From an uncultured Thermoleophilia bacterium (GTDB lineage: Bacteria; Actinomycetota; Thermoleophilia; UBA2241): 64,000 nucleotides of DNA. The stretch covers positions 112,037 to 176,036 of the forward strand of contig CAWBRS010000002.1 in the NCBI GenBank assembly GCA_963791345.1, written 5' to 3'. Under the pieces are notes generated by a model, which worked only from the letters and a program-made list of their open reading frames with translations, ran no database searches and was not told the DNA's origin. A program made the translations under genes and the position numbers. Below are positions 30,895 through 40,327 of this stretch, one piece after another (position 1 is the stretch's first letter; the number at the start of each line of letters is the position of its first letter).

Positions 30895-32447
30895 TCCCCC
30901 GGCGCCTGAGGATGTGGATCCTCATCTGGACCCCGGCGACGGCCCTCGCCCTCAACCTCGCGACGTACCCCAAAGAGGTGCCGCTCTCGGCCGGGCTCGA
31001 GGCCGTGGTCAAGGGCTTCTTCAGCGACGAGATCGCCCTCTACCCGGCCTGGATCATGCTGGCGCTCGGGTTGGCCGTCCTCGCGCTGGGCGTGCTCGGC
31101 CTCGTCCGCCGCTCAAAGGCCCGCAGCTTCAACATCGTGCTCGTCATCGTGGCGCTCGTGCTCTTCGTCTGGGCCTACCGCGCCGGCCTCAGCGACGAGG
31201 GCTGGTCGCTCACCGGGCGCACCCCGGGCCCCGGCTGGTTCTTCCAGGCCCTGGTCGTGGCGCTGGGCGGGGTCGCGGCCTGGTTCTGGGCCGTGAGCAA
31301 CCCCGAGCGCGCCGAGCTCTTCGCCTGGAACGGGCACCAGATCTGGAAGCTCTACCGCGCCAACTGGCAGGGCATGGTCGGTCTCGGCATCCTCATCGTG
31401 TTCGGCCTCATGGCGCTGCTCGCGCCGTTCCTCGCCGACCACGCCTACCTCGACCCCAACGCCCAGGTCCGTGAGGACGGCTCGCTGACCAGCGAGGCGC
31501 CGCTCCTCGGGCCGTACCACCCGCCGACCATCGTCTACTACAACTGGTTCGGCACCGACCAGGTGGGGCAATCGGTGCTGGCCGAATTCATCTGGAGCTC
31601 GCGTATCTCACTCATGGTCGGCCTGCTCGCGACGCTGATCTCGACCTTGCTCGGCGCGGCCATCGGCATCGGCTCCGGGTACTACGGGAGCTGGCAGGGA
31701 GAGGTCGGGATGCGATTGACCGACGTGTTCCTGGTCATTCCCTGGCTGCCGCTCGCCATGGTGCTGGCGTCGGCCTGGGGTCAGAACTACTGGATGATCA
31801 TCGTCATCATCGGGATCACGAGCTGGCCGGGCACGGCGCGCGTGGTACGCGCCGACACGCTGCGCGTGCGCGAGCTGCAGTTCATCGAGCGCGCCCGGGC
31901 CATCGGCTCGGGCGACGGCCACATCATGGGCAAGCACGTGCTGCCCAACGTCTTCCCCCTGATCTTCGCCAACACCGTGCTCGTGGTGGCCATCGCCATC
32001 CTCTCCGAGACCACGCTCTCGTTCCTCGGTCTCGGCGACCCGCTCAACTTCAGCTGGGGCACGATGCTGCACTACGCCTGGGCCAACGGGGCCGCCGGCC
32101 TGCCCGCCTGGTGGTACCTGCTGCCGCCGGGCATCGCCATCATCCTCGTCGTGCTCGCCTTCACCTTCATGGGCACGGCGTTCGACGAGGTCCTCGATCC
32201 GAAGTTGCGCAAGCGCGAGGAGAGCGACACGAGCGGCCGCCGTCAGGCCGGCGAGCCGAGCGCCGTCATGGTCGCCGGTGGGGCCGGCAGCGGCGGCTCC
32301 GCGATGATCTACGAGCCGGGCCGCCAGACCGACGACGCGATGCCCGACTACGGCCGGCCGGCGCCCGGCTCCATCCGGCCGCCCGACGCCGGCGGGGGCT
32401 GGGTCGGACCGGGCATCGGGGACGACGACGAGGGAGGCGACCGATGA
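30891..32447 (+). CDS. ABC transporter permease (DppC/OppC-type) with about 150-aa extra N-terminal membrane region and acidic C-terminal tail
   Basis: 518 aa; permease signature [26 protein letters not shown]; translationally coupled on both sides. Confidence 0.9.
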   Translation: MIPRRLRMWILIWTPATALALNLATYPKEVPLSAGLEAVVKGFFSDEIALYPAWIMLALGLAVLALGVLGLVRRSKARSFNIVLVIVALVLFVWAYRAGLSDEGWSLTGRTPGPGWFFQALVVALGGVAAWFWAVSNPERAELFAWNGHQIWKLYRANWQGMVGLGILIVFGLMALLAPFLADHAYLDPNAQVREDGSLTSEAPLLGPYHPPTIVYYNWFGTDQVGQSVLAEFIWSSRISLMVGLLATLISTLLGAAIGIGSGYYGSWQGEVGMRLTDVFLVIPWLPLAMVLASAWGQNYWMIIVIIGITSWPGTARVVRADTLRVRELQFIERARAIGSGDGHIMGKHVLPNVFPLIFANTVLVVAIAILSETTLSFLGLGDPLNFSWGTMLHYAWANGAAGLPAWWYLLPPGIAIILVVLAFTFMGTAFDEVLDPKLRKREESDTSGRRQAGEPSAVMVAGGAGSGGSAMIYEPGRQTDDAMPDYGRPAPGSIRPPDAGGGWVGPGIGDDDEGGDR

Positions 32448-33456
32448 GCGCGACCGCGACGACTCCCTCCAAGACGCCCGAACGCTTGGAGCACAAGGGC
32501 CTCCTCGAGGTCCGCGACCTGACCACGCGCTTCAAGCTCTCACAGGGCTGGGTGCGCGCGGTCGAGAAGGTCAGCTTCTGGGTCGAGCCCGGCGAGAGCC
32601 TCGGCCTCGCCGGCGAGTCGGGCTGCGGCAAGACGACCGCCGCGCTCTCGATCCTCAAGCTCCTGCCCGCGAACGGCAAGATCGTCTCGGGCGAGATCCT
32701 CTTCGACGGCAAGAACCTGGCCAAGCGCACCGAGTACGGCATGCAGAAGGTGCGCTGGAAGGAGATCTCGATGATCTTCCAGGGCGCGATGAACGCTCTG
32801 AACCCGGTGACCGAGACCGGCAAGCAGATCGCCGAGCCGATCATGCTCCACGAGGGCCTCTCCGAGAAGCAGGCCATGGTGCGCACCCGCGAGCTCTTCG
32901 ACCTCGTCGGCATCAGTACCAAGCGCGTCATGGACTTCCCCCACCAGCTCTCCGGCGGCATGCGCCAGCGGGCGATGATCGCCATGGCCCTGGCCTGCAA
33001 CCCCAAGCTCGTGATCGGCGACGAGCCGACCACCGCCTTGGACGTCATGGTGCAGGCCCAGATCCTCGAGCTCATCGAGCGCCTCAGGCGCGAGCTCGAC
33101 CTCTCCTTCATCCTGATCAGCCACGACCTCTCGGTGATGGCCGAGACCTGCGACAAGGGCGTCATCATGTACGCCGGCGAGGTCGTCGAGTCGGGCACCG
33201 TGGCCCACCTCTTCAACGACCCGCAGCACCCCTACACGCGCCAGCTCATCAAGGCCTTCCCCAACATCCACGAGCGCCGCGAGATGGTCTCCTCGATCCC
33301 GGGCGACCCGCCCAACCTCCTGGACCCGCCGCCGGGCTGCGGCTTCTCGCCGCGCTGCAACGCAAAGACCGGCGCCTGCGTGGACGATCCCGACACGGTC
33401 GAGGTGGCGCCCGGCCACTTCGTGCGCTGTCACCTGATGAAGCGGGGGGTCGCTGA
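32444..33456 (+). CDS. ABC transporter ATP-binding protein (DppD/OppD-type); frame lost at a G6 homopolymer just before the stop
   Basis: Walker [10 protein letters not shown], signature LSGGMRQR, Walker [14 protein letters not shown]-terminal oligopeptide-type domain ending ...[11 protein letters not shown]. The TGATG stop/start overlap with the next gene is only in frame if one G is added in the run at 33444-33449. Confidence 0.85.
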
Positions 33457-34565
33457 TGGCCACCGAGACCACCCCCACCGAGACCCGGGGCGGGCGCGAC
33501 GTGAGCCGCGACGGCGCCCGCGACAAGAGCCTCGCCGGGCGCATCGGCCCCGAGGACCTGGCCCGCGCCGAGGTCAGAGACGGCGTCCTCTTCGACGTCC
33601 GCGACCTGCAGGTCTTCTTCCCCATCCGCGAGGGCTTCTTCAAGAGCATGGTGCAGAAGGAGAAGCGCTACGTGAAGGCGGTCGACCACGTCTCCTTCCA
33701 GGTCAAGCAGGGCGAGATCCTCGCCCTGGTCGGCGAGTCGGGCTGCGGCAAGACGACCACCGGGCGCACCATGCTGAGGCTCGAGGAGGCGACCGGCGGC
33801 GACATCCTCTACAAGGGCCTGCCGATGCGCGCCTTCTCGGGCAAGGCGCTCAGGGAGTACCGCAAGAAGGCGCAGATCATCTTCCAGGACCCCTACAACT
33901 CGATCAATCCCAAGCAGACCATCTTCGACATCGTCGCCGAGCCCTTGGAGGTCAACGGTGTGACCTCCTCCGAGCGCGAGAAGGAGGAGCGCGTCGTCAA
34001 GGCCATCTCCGAGGCCGGCCTGCGGCCGGCGAGCGAGTACCTCTACCGCTACCCGCACGAGCTCTCCGGCGGCCAGCGGCAGCGCGTCTGCATCGCCGGC
34101 GCCACCGTGCTCGAGCCCGACATGATCGTCGCCGACGAGCCCGTCGCCTCCCTGGACGTCTCGATCCGCAACGACATCCTCAAACTCATGGTCGAGCAGA
34201 AGGACACCCTCGGCGTCACCTACCTGTTCATCACCCACGACCTCTCGCTGGCCTGGGTGATCTCCGACCGCATCGCCGTCATGTACCTGGGGCGTATCGT
34301 CGAGATCGGCGACACCGAGGAGGTCGTCGCCAACCCCAAGCACCCCTACACCAAGGCCCTGATCAGCGTGATCCCGGTGCCCGACCCGCTGGCCAAGCGC
34401 GAGCACGTGATCCTCGCCGGTGAGACCCCGAACCCGGTCGACATCCCCCCGGGCTGCCGCTTCCAGCCGCGCTGCCCCGAGGCGATCGACGCCTGCCGCG
34501 AGATCGACCCGCCCGACGTCAACGTAGGGGGCGACCACTACGCGGCCTGCATCAGGCTGAAGTGA
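33456..34565 (+). CDS. ABC transporter ATP-binding protein (DppF/OppF-type)
   Basis: 369 aa, [30 protein letters not shown]-terminal Cys motif; intact. Confidence 0.9.
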   Translation: MATETTPTETRGGRDVSRDGARDKSLAGRIGPEDLARAEVRDGVLFDVRDLQVFFPIREGFFKSMVQKEKRYVKAVDHVSFQVKQGEILALVGESGCGKTTTGRTMLRLEEATGGDILYKGLPMRAFSGKALREYRKKAQIIFQDPYNSINPKQTIFDIVAEPLEVNGVTSSEREKEERVVKAISEAGLRPASEYLYRYPHELSGGQRQRVCIAGATVLEPDMIVADEPVASLDVSIRNDILKLMVEQKDTLGVTYLFITHDLSLAWVISDRIAVMYLGRIVEIGDTEEVVANPKHPYTKALISVIPVPDPLAKREHVILAGETPNPVDIPPGCRFQPRCPEAIDACREIDPPDVNVGGDHYAACIRLK

Positions 34566-36040
34566 GGCCGCTCCTCGACCTGTGGCCCGACGAGGCCATC
34601 GAGGCCATGCACGGGGCCTCGCTGGTCCTCCTCGAACAAGCCGGGGTGCGGGTCGAGTCGCCGACCGCCCGGGACGCGCTGGTCGCAGCCGGCTGCACTG
34701 CCGAGGGCGAGCGCGTGCGCGTGCCGGCGACGATGGTCGACGAGGCCGTCGCCGCCTGCCCGCGCGCCTTCGTCCTTGCCGCGCGCGACCCCGAGCGCTC
34801 GCTGGCCGTCGACGGCGAGCCGGGCGTCACCTACGTGCACAACATGGGCGGGGCGCGCGACGTCGCCGACGCGCGCAGCGGCGCCGGGCGCCGGGCGACG
34901 CTGCGCGACCAGGTCGAGCTGACGCGGGTCATGCACCACCTGCCGCGCCAGCACATGATCACCTCGCTGGTGCAGCCCGGCGACGTGCCCGACGAGCTCG
35001 AGCCGCTCTACTCGTATCTGGTGCTCGCCAACGAGACCGACAAGTCGGTCGGCGGGCCCGGCGTGTCGCACCCGTTCCAGGCCCGGTACCTGCAGGAGAT
35101 GGCCGTCGCCCTGACCGGGGCCGACGGCGGGGGCGGGGTGTACCCCGTCGACCTCGCCTTCTCGCCGGTCAGCCCGCTCACCCTGGGCGGCGAGGTCACC
35201 GACGCCCTCGTCGCGCAGGTGCGGCGCGGCGGCTTCGTGGTCGAGATCCTGCCCTGCCCGGCGATCGCCACGACGGCGCCGGGCTCGCTCGCGGGGGCCG
35301 TCGCCCAGCAGAACGCCGAGGTGCTGGCCGGCGTCGTCCTCACGCAGGTCGTCGCGCCCGGGACGCCGGTGTACTACGGCCCCCGGCTGAGCGCGGTCGA
35401 CCCGCGCACCGGCGTCGTGGTCTCGGGCACCCCCGAGACCGGCATCGCCTCCATGGCGGCGACGCTGCTGGCGCGGCGCTACGGCCTCGCCTGCGACTGC
35501 TACGGACCGACGAGCGACAGCAAGGTGGTCGACGCCCAGTTCGGTCTCGAGACGGCGCTCAACGCACTGCTGGGCATCGCCGCCGCGCCGCGCTTCCTCT
35601 CCGGCGTGGGCGACATCCAGGCCGGCGTCGCGAGCTGCGCCGAGGCACTGGTCGTGGACGACGAGGTCCTCAACTACGTCTTTTACGCGCGCACGCCGCG
35701 GCCCTGGGATGCCGACGCCCTCGACGTCGAGGCAATGGTCGACGGTGTCCTCTCCGGCCGCGGCTTCCTCGGCACGAAGCACACGCGGCGTTACATCCGC
35801 AGCGAGTTCTGCACCCCCGAGATCGGCTACCGCGGCGGTCTCAACGACTGGCTGGCCGGTGGCCGCGCCGGCCTCGTCGACCTGGCGCGCGAGCGCGCCA
35901 CCGAGCTCGTCGCGCGCGAGCCGGTCGGCCTGCCCGGCGACATCGCCGCCGCCCTCTGCGGGCTCATCGACGCCGCCGCGCGCGAGGTCGGGCTCACCGA
36001 GTGGCCGGACCCGCGCCGCATCGTGGAGCCGCCGGGGTGA
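34562..36040 (+). CDS. trimethylamine methyltransferase (MttB) superfamily, non-pyrrolysine member (quaternary-amine:corrinoid methyltransferase-like)
   Basis: 492 aa; N-terminal LLDLWPDEAIEAMHGASLVLLEQAGVRVES, then the family signature ATTAPGSLAGAVAQQNAEVLAGVVLTQVVAPGTPVYYG; no in-frame amber codon. Confidence 0.8.
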   Translation: MRPLLDLWPDEAIEAMHGASLVLLEQAGVRVESPTARDALVAAGCTAEGERVRVPATMVDEAVAACPRAFVLAARDPERSLAVDGEPGVTYVHNMGGARDVADARSGAGRRATLRDQVELTRVMHHLPRQHMITSLVQPGDVPDELEPLYSYLVLANETDKSVGGPGVSHPFQARYLQEMAVALTGADGGGGVYPVDLAFSPVSPLTLGGEVTDALVAQVRRGGFVVEILPCPAIATTAPGSLAGAVAQQNAEVLAGVVLTQVVAPGTPVYYGPRLSAVDPRTGVVVSGTPETGIASMAATLLARRYGLACDCYGPTSDSKVVDAQFGLETALNALLGIAAAPRFLSGVGDIQAGVASCAEALVVDDEVLNYVFYARTPRPWDADALDVEAMVDGVLSGRGFLGTKHTRRYIRSEFCTPEIGYRGGLNDWLAGGRAGLVDLARERATELVAREPVGLPGDIAAALCGLIDAAAREVGLTEWPDPRRIVEPPG

Positions 36041-37121
36041 GCATCCCCTTCCCGCACATCGTGGCGCAGGGGAGCCACCGCGAGCTGGGCCGCGCCGTCG
36101 GCGAGGGTGCCCGCGAGCAGATCGCCGCCGCCATCGCCTTCTACGAGGAGCACTTCACGGCGATGGCCGGCATCCCGTTCGCCGAGGCCGAGTGCCAGAG
36201 CCTCGAGTACCTGCCGTATGTGAAGCGCTACCTGCCGCAGTACGTCGAGGAGCTCGAGGGGATGGCCGAGGCCGCCGGCCTGCCCTTCGTCAAGCTGCTC
36301 GTGCCGAACTGCGCCGAGGAGTTCACGCCTGCCCGACCGACGCCGACACGCAGCGTTCGCCGCACGGTGGGGCGCACGCCTGCACAGGCGTCGCGGTCAG
36401 CCACGCAGGTCGGCACGTCGTCGGCCACAACATGGACTGGTACGTGGTCGACGTCGACAAGAACGTGCTCTTCGACCTCACCACCCCCGACGGCACCCGC
36501 ATCGTCACCATCGCCGGGGTGCCGTACCTGCCCATCCTCGGGCTGAACTCGCACGGCGTGGCCTGCGTCGGCAACTCGGTGTACTCCAACGACAATCGCC
36601 ACGGCGTGCCCAACGTCTTCGTCCGCCGCTGGGTGCTCGAGGCGCCCTCCCTCGAAGAGGCGGTCGCGCGCGCCTGCTTCCCGGTGCGCGCGCGCGGCAC
36701 GAACTACACGTTCGCCGACGTCGAGGGCCGCCTCTGGGACCTCGAGACCTCGGCGTACGCCGCCGCCCTCATCGAGGGCGACGCGACGCTCGCCCACACG
36801 AACCACTACGTGCACCCGGCGATGACCGCCTTCGAGGGCTACCACAACGAGGAGTCGCGTCACCGCCTGCGGGTCGCCGAGGACGAGCTGGCCGCCGGGG
36901 TGGCGCGCGGCGAGGACGCGCGCGACCTCGTCGCGCGCGTCCTCCTCAACCACGACGGCGGCCACGACGCGATCTGCGGCCACCCCGACGAGGCCCTCCC
37001 GGTGGCCGACCAGGTCATGACCGTGGCGAGCCTGATCTGCGACCTGGATTCCCTGCGCGTCGAGGCCTGCGCGGGGCTGCCCTGCGAGAACGAGTACCGC
37101 ACGTTCGAGGCCGGCGCCTGA
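36037..37121 (+). CDS. C45-family (acyl-CoA:6-aminopenicillanic-acid acyltransferase-like) Ntn hydrolase/acyltransferase; one frameshift near 36330
   Basis: VSIPFPHIVAQGSHRELGRAVGE...LLVPNCAEEF in frame 1 joins frame 0 ...HACTGVAVSHAGRHVVGHNMDW...LGLNSHGVACVGNSV... (C45 precursor with Cys nucleophile before GHNxDW). Confidence 0.7.
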
Positions 37122-38764
37122 TGGCCGTCCACGACCTCGTCCTCGCCGGCGGCCGCGTGGTGGACGGCTGCGGCAACCCCTGGTACCACGGCGACGTCGC
37201 CGTCCGCGGCCGCCGGATCGCGGCCATCGGCGCGCCGGGCACGCTGCGCGGCCGACGCACGATCGACGCCGGCGGCCGCTACGTGACGCCCGGCTTCGTC
37301 GACCCGCACACGCACTCCGACGTCTCCATCCTCGCCTACCCGCGCGCCGACTCGGCCGTCCGCCAGGGCGTCACCACCCACGTCACCGGCAACTGCGGCA
37401 TGGGGGCGGCGCCCATCGTGGCGCGCTTCAGGGACGAGCTGCGGCGCGAGTGGGACTACTACTGGGGGGCGCAGGTGTCGTGGGGGTGGCGCAGCTTCGC
37501 CGGCTACCTGCGGGCGATCGAGGCGCAAGGCACGGCGATCAACATCGCGCCGCTGGTCGGGCACGGCGCTCTGCGCATCGGCGCGATGGGCCTCGCCGAG
37601 CGCGCCGTGACTCCGAAGGAGCTCGATGCGATGCGCCGGCTGCTCGACGCCAGCTTGCGCGCCGGCGCCCACGGCCTCTCGACCGGCCTGGTCTACCCGC
37701 CGGGGTGCTTCGCCGACACGGCTGAGATCGTCGCCCTGTGCGAGGTGGTCGCGCGCTACCACGGCATCTACGCCTCGCATATCCGCGGCGAGCGCGAGAC
37801 CGTCATGGAGGCGGTCGCCGAGGCGATCGCCATCGGGCGCGCCGCCGGCGTGCCGGTCGAGGTCTCCCACAACGCGCCCAAGTGGGGGGCGCCTGAGGAG
37901 TCGCGGGGCAACCTCGACCTCGCCGACGCCGCGCGTCGCGAGGGCCACGACGTGACCGTCGACAACGACATGCACACCGAGCTCGCGCCGCGCATGTCGC
38001 GCGCCCTTCCGCAGCCGCTGCTCGACCTGCCGCACGAGCGCCTGATGACGCTCCTCGCCGACCGCCGCGAGCGCGCGAACGTGCGCCGCGCCTGTGAGAC
38101 CGACGAGCTCCCCGGTCCCGGCTACGCCGGTCTCGTGAAGCACGGCCGCTTCGAGCGGATCTGGGTCCTGCACGCCCCGCGTCACCCGGAGCTGCGCGGG
38201 CAGACCGTCGCCGCCATCGCCGAGGCACGCGGCGCCGACCCCTTCGACACCTTCCTCGACCTCATCGTCGAGGAGGACGACCGTATCGTCGGCATCTTCG
38301 AGTACATCGCCGGGTCCGAGATCCGCCGCCTGCTCGCCCACCCGCTGGTCATGGCCTGTTCGGACGGTCTCGTGATGCCGCCGGCGGAGGAGCTCGAGGG
38401 CACCGAGATGTACTGGCCCTGCAGCTACGGCGAGTACCCGGGCATCCTCGAGCGCTACGTGCGCGACGAGCCGCTGCTGCGCCTCGAGGAGGCGATCCGC
38501 AAGATGACCTCCTTCCCGGCGCAGCGTTTCGGGCTGCACGACCGCGGGGTGCTGCGGCCCGGGCTGGCCGCCGACGTCGTGGTCTTCGACCTCGAGCGCC
38601 TGCGCGACCGGGCCACGAACCCCTGGCCGCACCGATTCCCCTTCGAGAACGTCCCCCACGGCTACCCCGAGGGCATCGACGTCGTCCTCGTCAACGGGGC
38701 GGTCGTCGTCGACGGGGGCGAGCACACGGGGGCGCTCCCCGGGCGCGTCCTGCGCCGGCGCTGA
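37121..38764 (+). CDS. N-acyl-D-amino-acid deacylase (D-aminoacylase) family amidohydrolase
   Basis: 547 aa, DLVLAGGRVVDG...TPGFVDPHTHSD metal-binding HxH, ...HNAPKWG..., C-terminal beta-sandwich; intact. Confidence 0.85.
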   Translation: MAVHDLVLAGGRVVDGCGNPWYHGDVAVRGRRIAAIGAPGTLRGRRTIDAGGRYVTPGFVDPHTHSDVSILAYPRADSAVRQGVTTHVTGNCGMGAAPIVARFRDELRREWDYYWGAQVSWGWRSFAGYLRAIEAQGTAINIAPLVGHGALRIGAMGLAERAVTPKELDAMRRLLDASLRAGAHGLSTGLVYPPGCFADTAEIVALCEVVARYHGIYASHIRGERETVMEAVAEAIAIGRAAGVPVEVSHNAPKWGAPEESRGNLDLADAARREGHDVTVDNDMHTELAPRMSRALPQPLLDLPHERLMTLLADRRERANVRRACETDELPGPGYAGLVKHGRFERIWVLHAPRHPELRGQTVAAIAEARGADPFDTFLDLIVEEDDRIVGIFEYIAGSEIRRLLAHPLVMACSDGLVMPPAEELEGTEMYWPCSYGEYPGILERYVRDEPLLRLEEAIRKMTSFPAQRFGLHDRGVLRPGLAADVVVFDLERLRDRATNPWPHRFPFENVPHGYPEGIDVVLVNGAVVVDGGEHTGALPGRVLRRR

Positions 38765-39065
38765 CCCGCAGCGCCGCTCGCGGGCCCTCGATCCGAGCCG
38801 CCGCTCGCCACCGCCGGCCCACTCTGCCTGCTGCCGCCCGCGGCCGCCGATCGTCGTCGCCCGCCCCGCCGATCGCCTCCCACGCGGCTACCGTCGTCGC
38901 CCGCCCACTGCCACGTGACATCGCGTCCAACCGTGGGCCATCGTGGCCAGACGTCGACCGCCGCGGTGCTCCAATTGCACTTGGACATCGTGTAGAGTGG
39001 CGGAGCCTGCGGCAGGAGTCGCGGGCCTCGCTCACCACGATTCGAGAAAGGCAGGGAGAAGGCCC

Positions 39066-40238
39066 ATGGCAGCAGACCCCACGACCTACGACATCGAGCT
39101 CGAGCACGTCACCAAGCGTTTCGGCGACTTCACCGCCGTGAAGGAGATGGACCTCAAGATCCGCAAGGGCGAGTTCTTCTCCCTGCTCGGCCCGTCGGGG
39201 TGCGGCAAGACCACGACGCTGCGCATGGTGGCCGGCTTCGAGCAGCCTACGGAGGGCGAGATCTACCTCGGCAACGCCCCGGTCGCCGGCGTGCCGCCCT
39301 ACAAGCGCAACGTCAACACCGTGTTCCAGAACTACGCCCTCTTCCCGCACCTCTCTGTCTGGGAGAACGTCGCCTTCGGCCTCAAGCGCAAGAAGGTCGA
39401 GAAGGACGAGATGACGCAGCGCGTCGGCGAGGCCCTCGAGATGGTCGAGATGGACCAGATGCAGGACCGCAAGCCGCATCAGCTCTCCGGCGGCCAGCAG
39501 CAGCGCGTCGCGCTCGCGCGGGCCCTCGTCAACCGCCCCATGGTCCTGCTCCTCGACGAGCCGCTCGGGGCCCTCGACGCCAAGCTGCGCAAGGCGATGC
39601 AGCTCGAGCTCAAGAAGCTGCAGAGCGAGGTCGGCATCACCTTCATCTACGTCACGCACGACCAGGAGGAGGCGCTCACCATGAGCGACCGCCTCGCCGT
39701 GATGAGCCAGGGGCTCGTCGAGCAGGTCGGCTCGCCCGCCGACATCTACGAGAACCCGCAGTCGGCCTTCGTGGCCAACTTCATCGGCGTCTCCAACATC
39801 TACCTCTCCGACGTCGTCAGGGTCGACGGCGAGATCGCCGAGTGCCGCACCGACAAGGGCCTCGGGGTGAGGGTGCTGGTCCGCGGTCACGACACGCGCG
39901 CCGGGCAGAAGGTCGGCGTCGTGATCAGGCCCGAGAAGATCTCGATCACCCCCGCCGACGAGGCCGACGAGGTCGCCGACCGCGAGAACATCTACGACGG
40001 CGTCATCAAGGCGGTCGTCTACATCGGCTCGGTGACGCAGTTCATCGTCGACGTCGAGGAGGGCAAGCACCTCGCCCAGGTGCTCTACCAGAACCTCTAC
40101 CACACCGACCGCAAGGAGTGGCACGCCGGCCAGCAGGTCAAGATCGCCTTCTGGAAGGACAGCTGCTCCGTCATCACCGACGTCGACAAGGGCATGGCCG
40201 AGAAGGACCTCATGGGCGAGGTCGTCAGGCGTATGTGA
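39066..40238 (+). CDS. PotA-type (spermidine/putrescine-like) ABC transporter ATP-binding protein with C-terminal TOBE domain; no adjacent permease or binding protein
   Basis: 390 aa, [12 protein letters not shown]-loop, LSGGQQQRVALARAL, LLLDEPLGALD, TOBE-like C-terminal domain; intact. Confidence 0.85.
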   Translation: MAADPTTYDIELEHVTKRFGDFTAVKEMDLKIRKGEFFSLLGPSGCGKTTTLRMVAGFEQPTEGEIYLGNAPVAGVPPYKRNVNTVFQNYALFPHLSVWENVAFGLKRKKVEKDEMTQRVGEALEMVEMDQMQDRKPHQLSGGQQQRVALARALVNRPMVLLLDEPLGALDAKLRKAMQLELKKLQSEVGITFIYVTHDQEEALTMSDRLAVMSQGLVEQVGSPADIYENPQSAFVANFIGVSNIYLSDVVRVDGEIAECRTDKGLGVRVLVRGHDTRAGQKVGVVIRPEKISITPADEADEVADRENIYDGVIKAVVYIGSVTQFIVDVEEGKHLAQVLYQNLYHTDRKEWHAGQQVKIAFWKDSCSVITDVDKGMAEKDLMGEVVRRM

Positions 40239-40327
40239 CGGGTGGTGGCCGGGCGCCGCTCCGCGGCGCCCGGCCACCAGACGCGGACGAACGTGACCGG
40301 CCGGGCCGGTCGCCGAGGCAGGGCGCG

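Noticed and set aside
32111-34423. 770-aa ORF suggesting a single fused double-ATPase
   Set aside because: It contains two complete Dpp/Opp-type ATPase units separated by a TGATG stop/start overlap that is out of frame only because of a probable indel in a G6 run. It is called as two genes.
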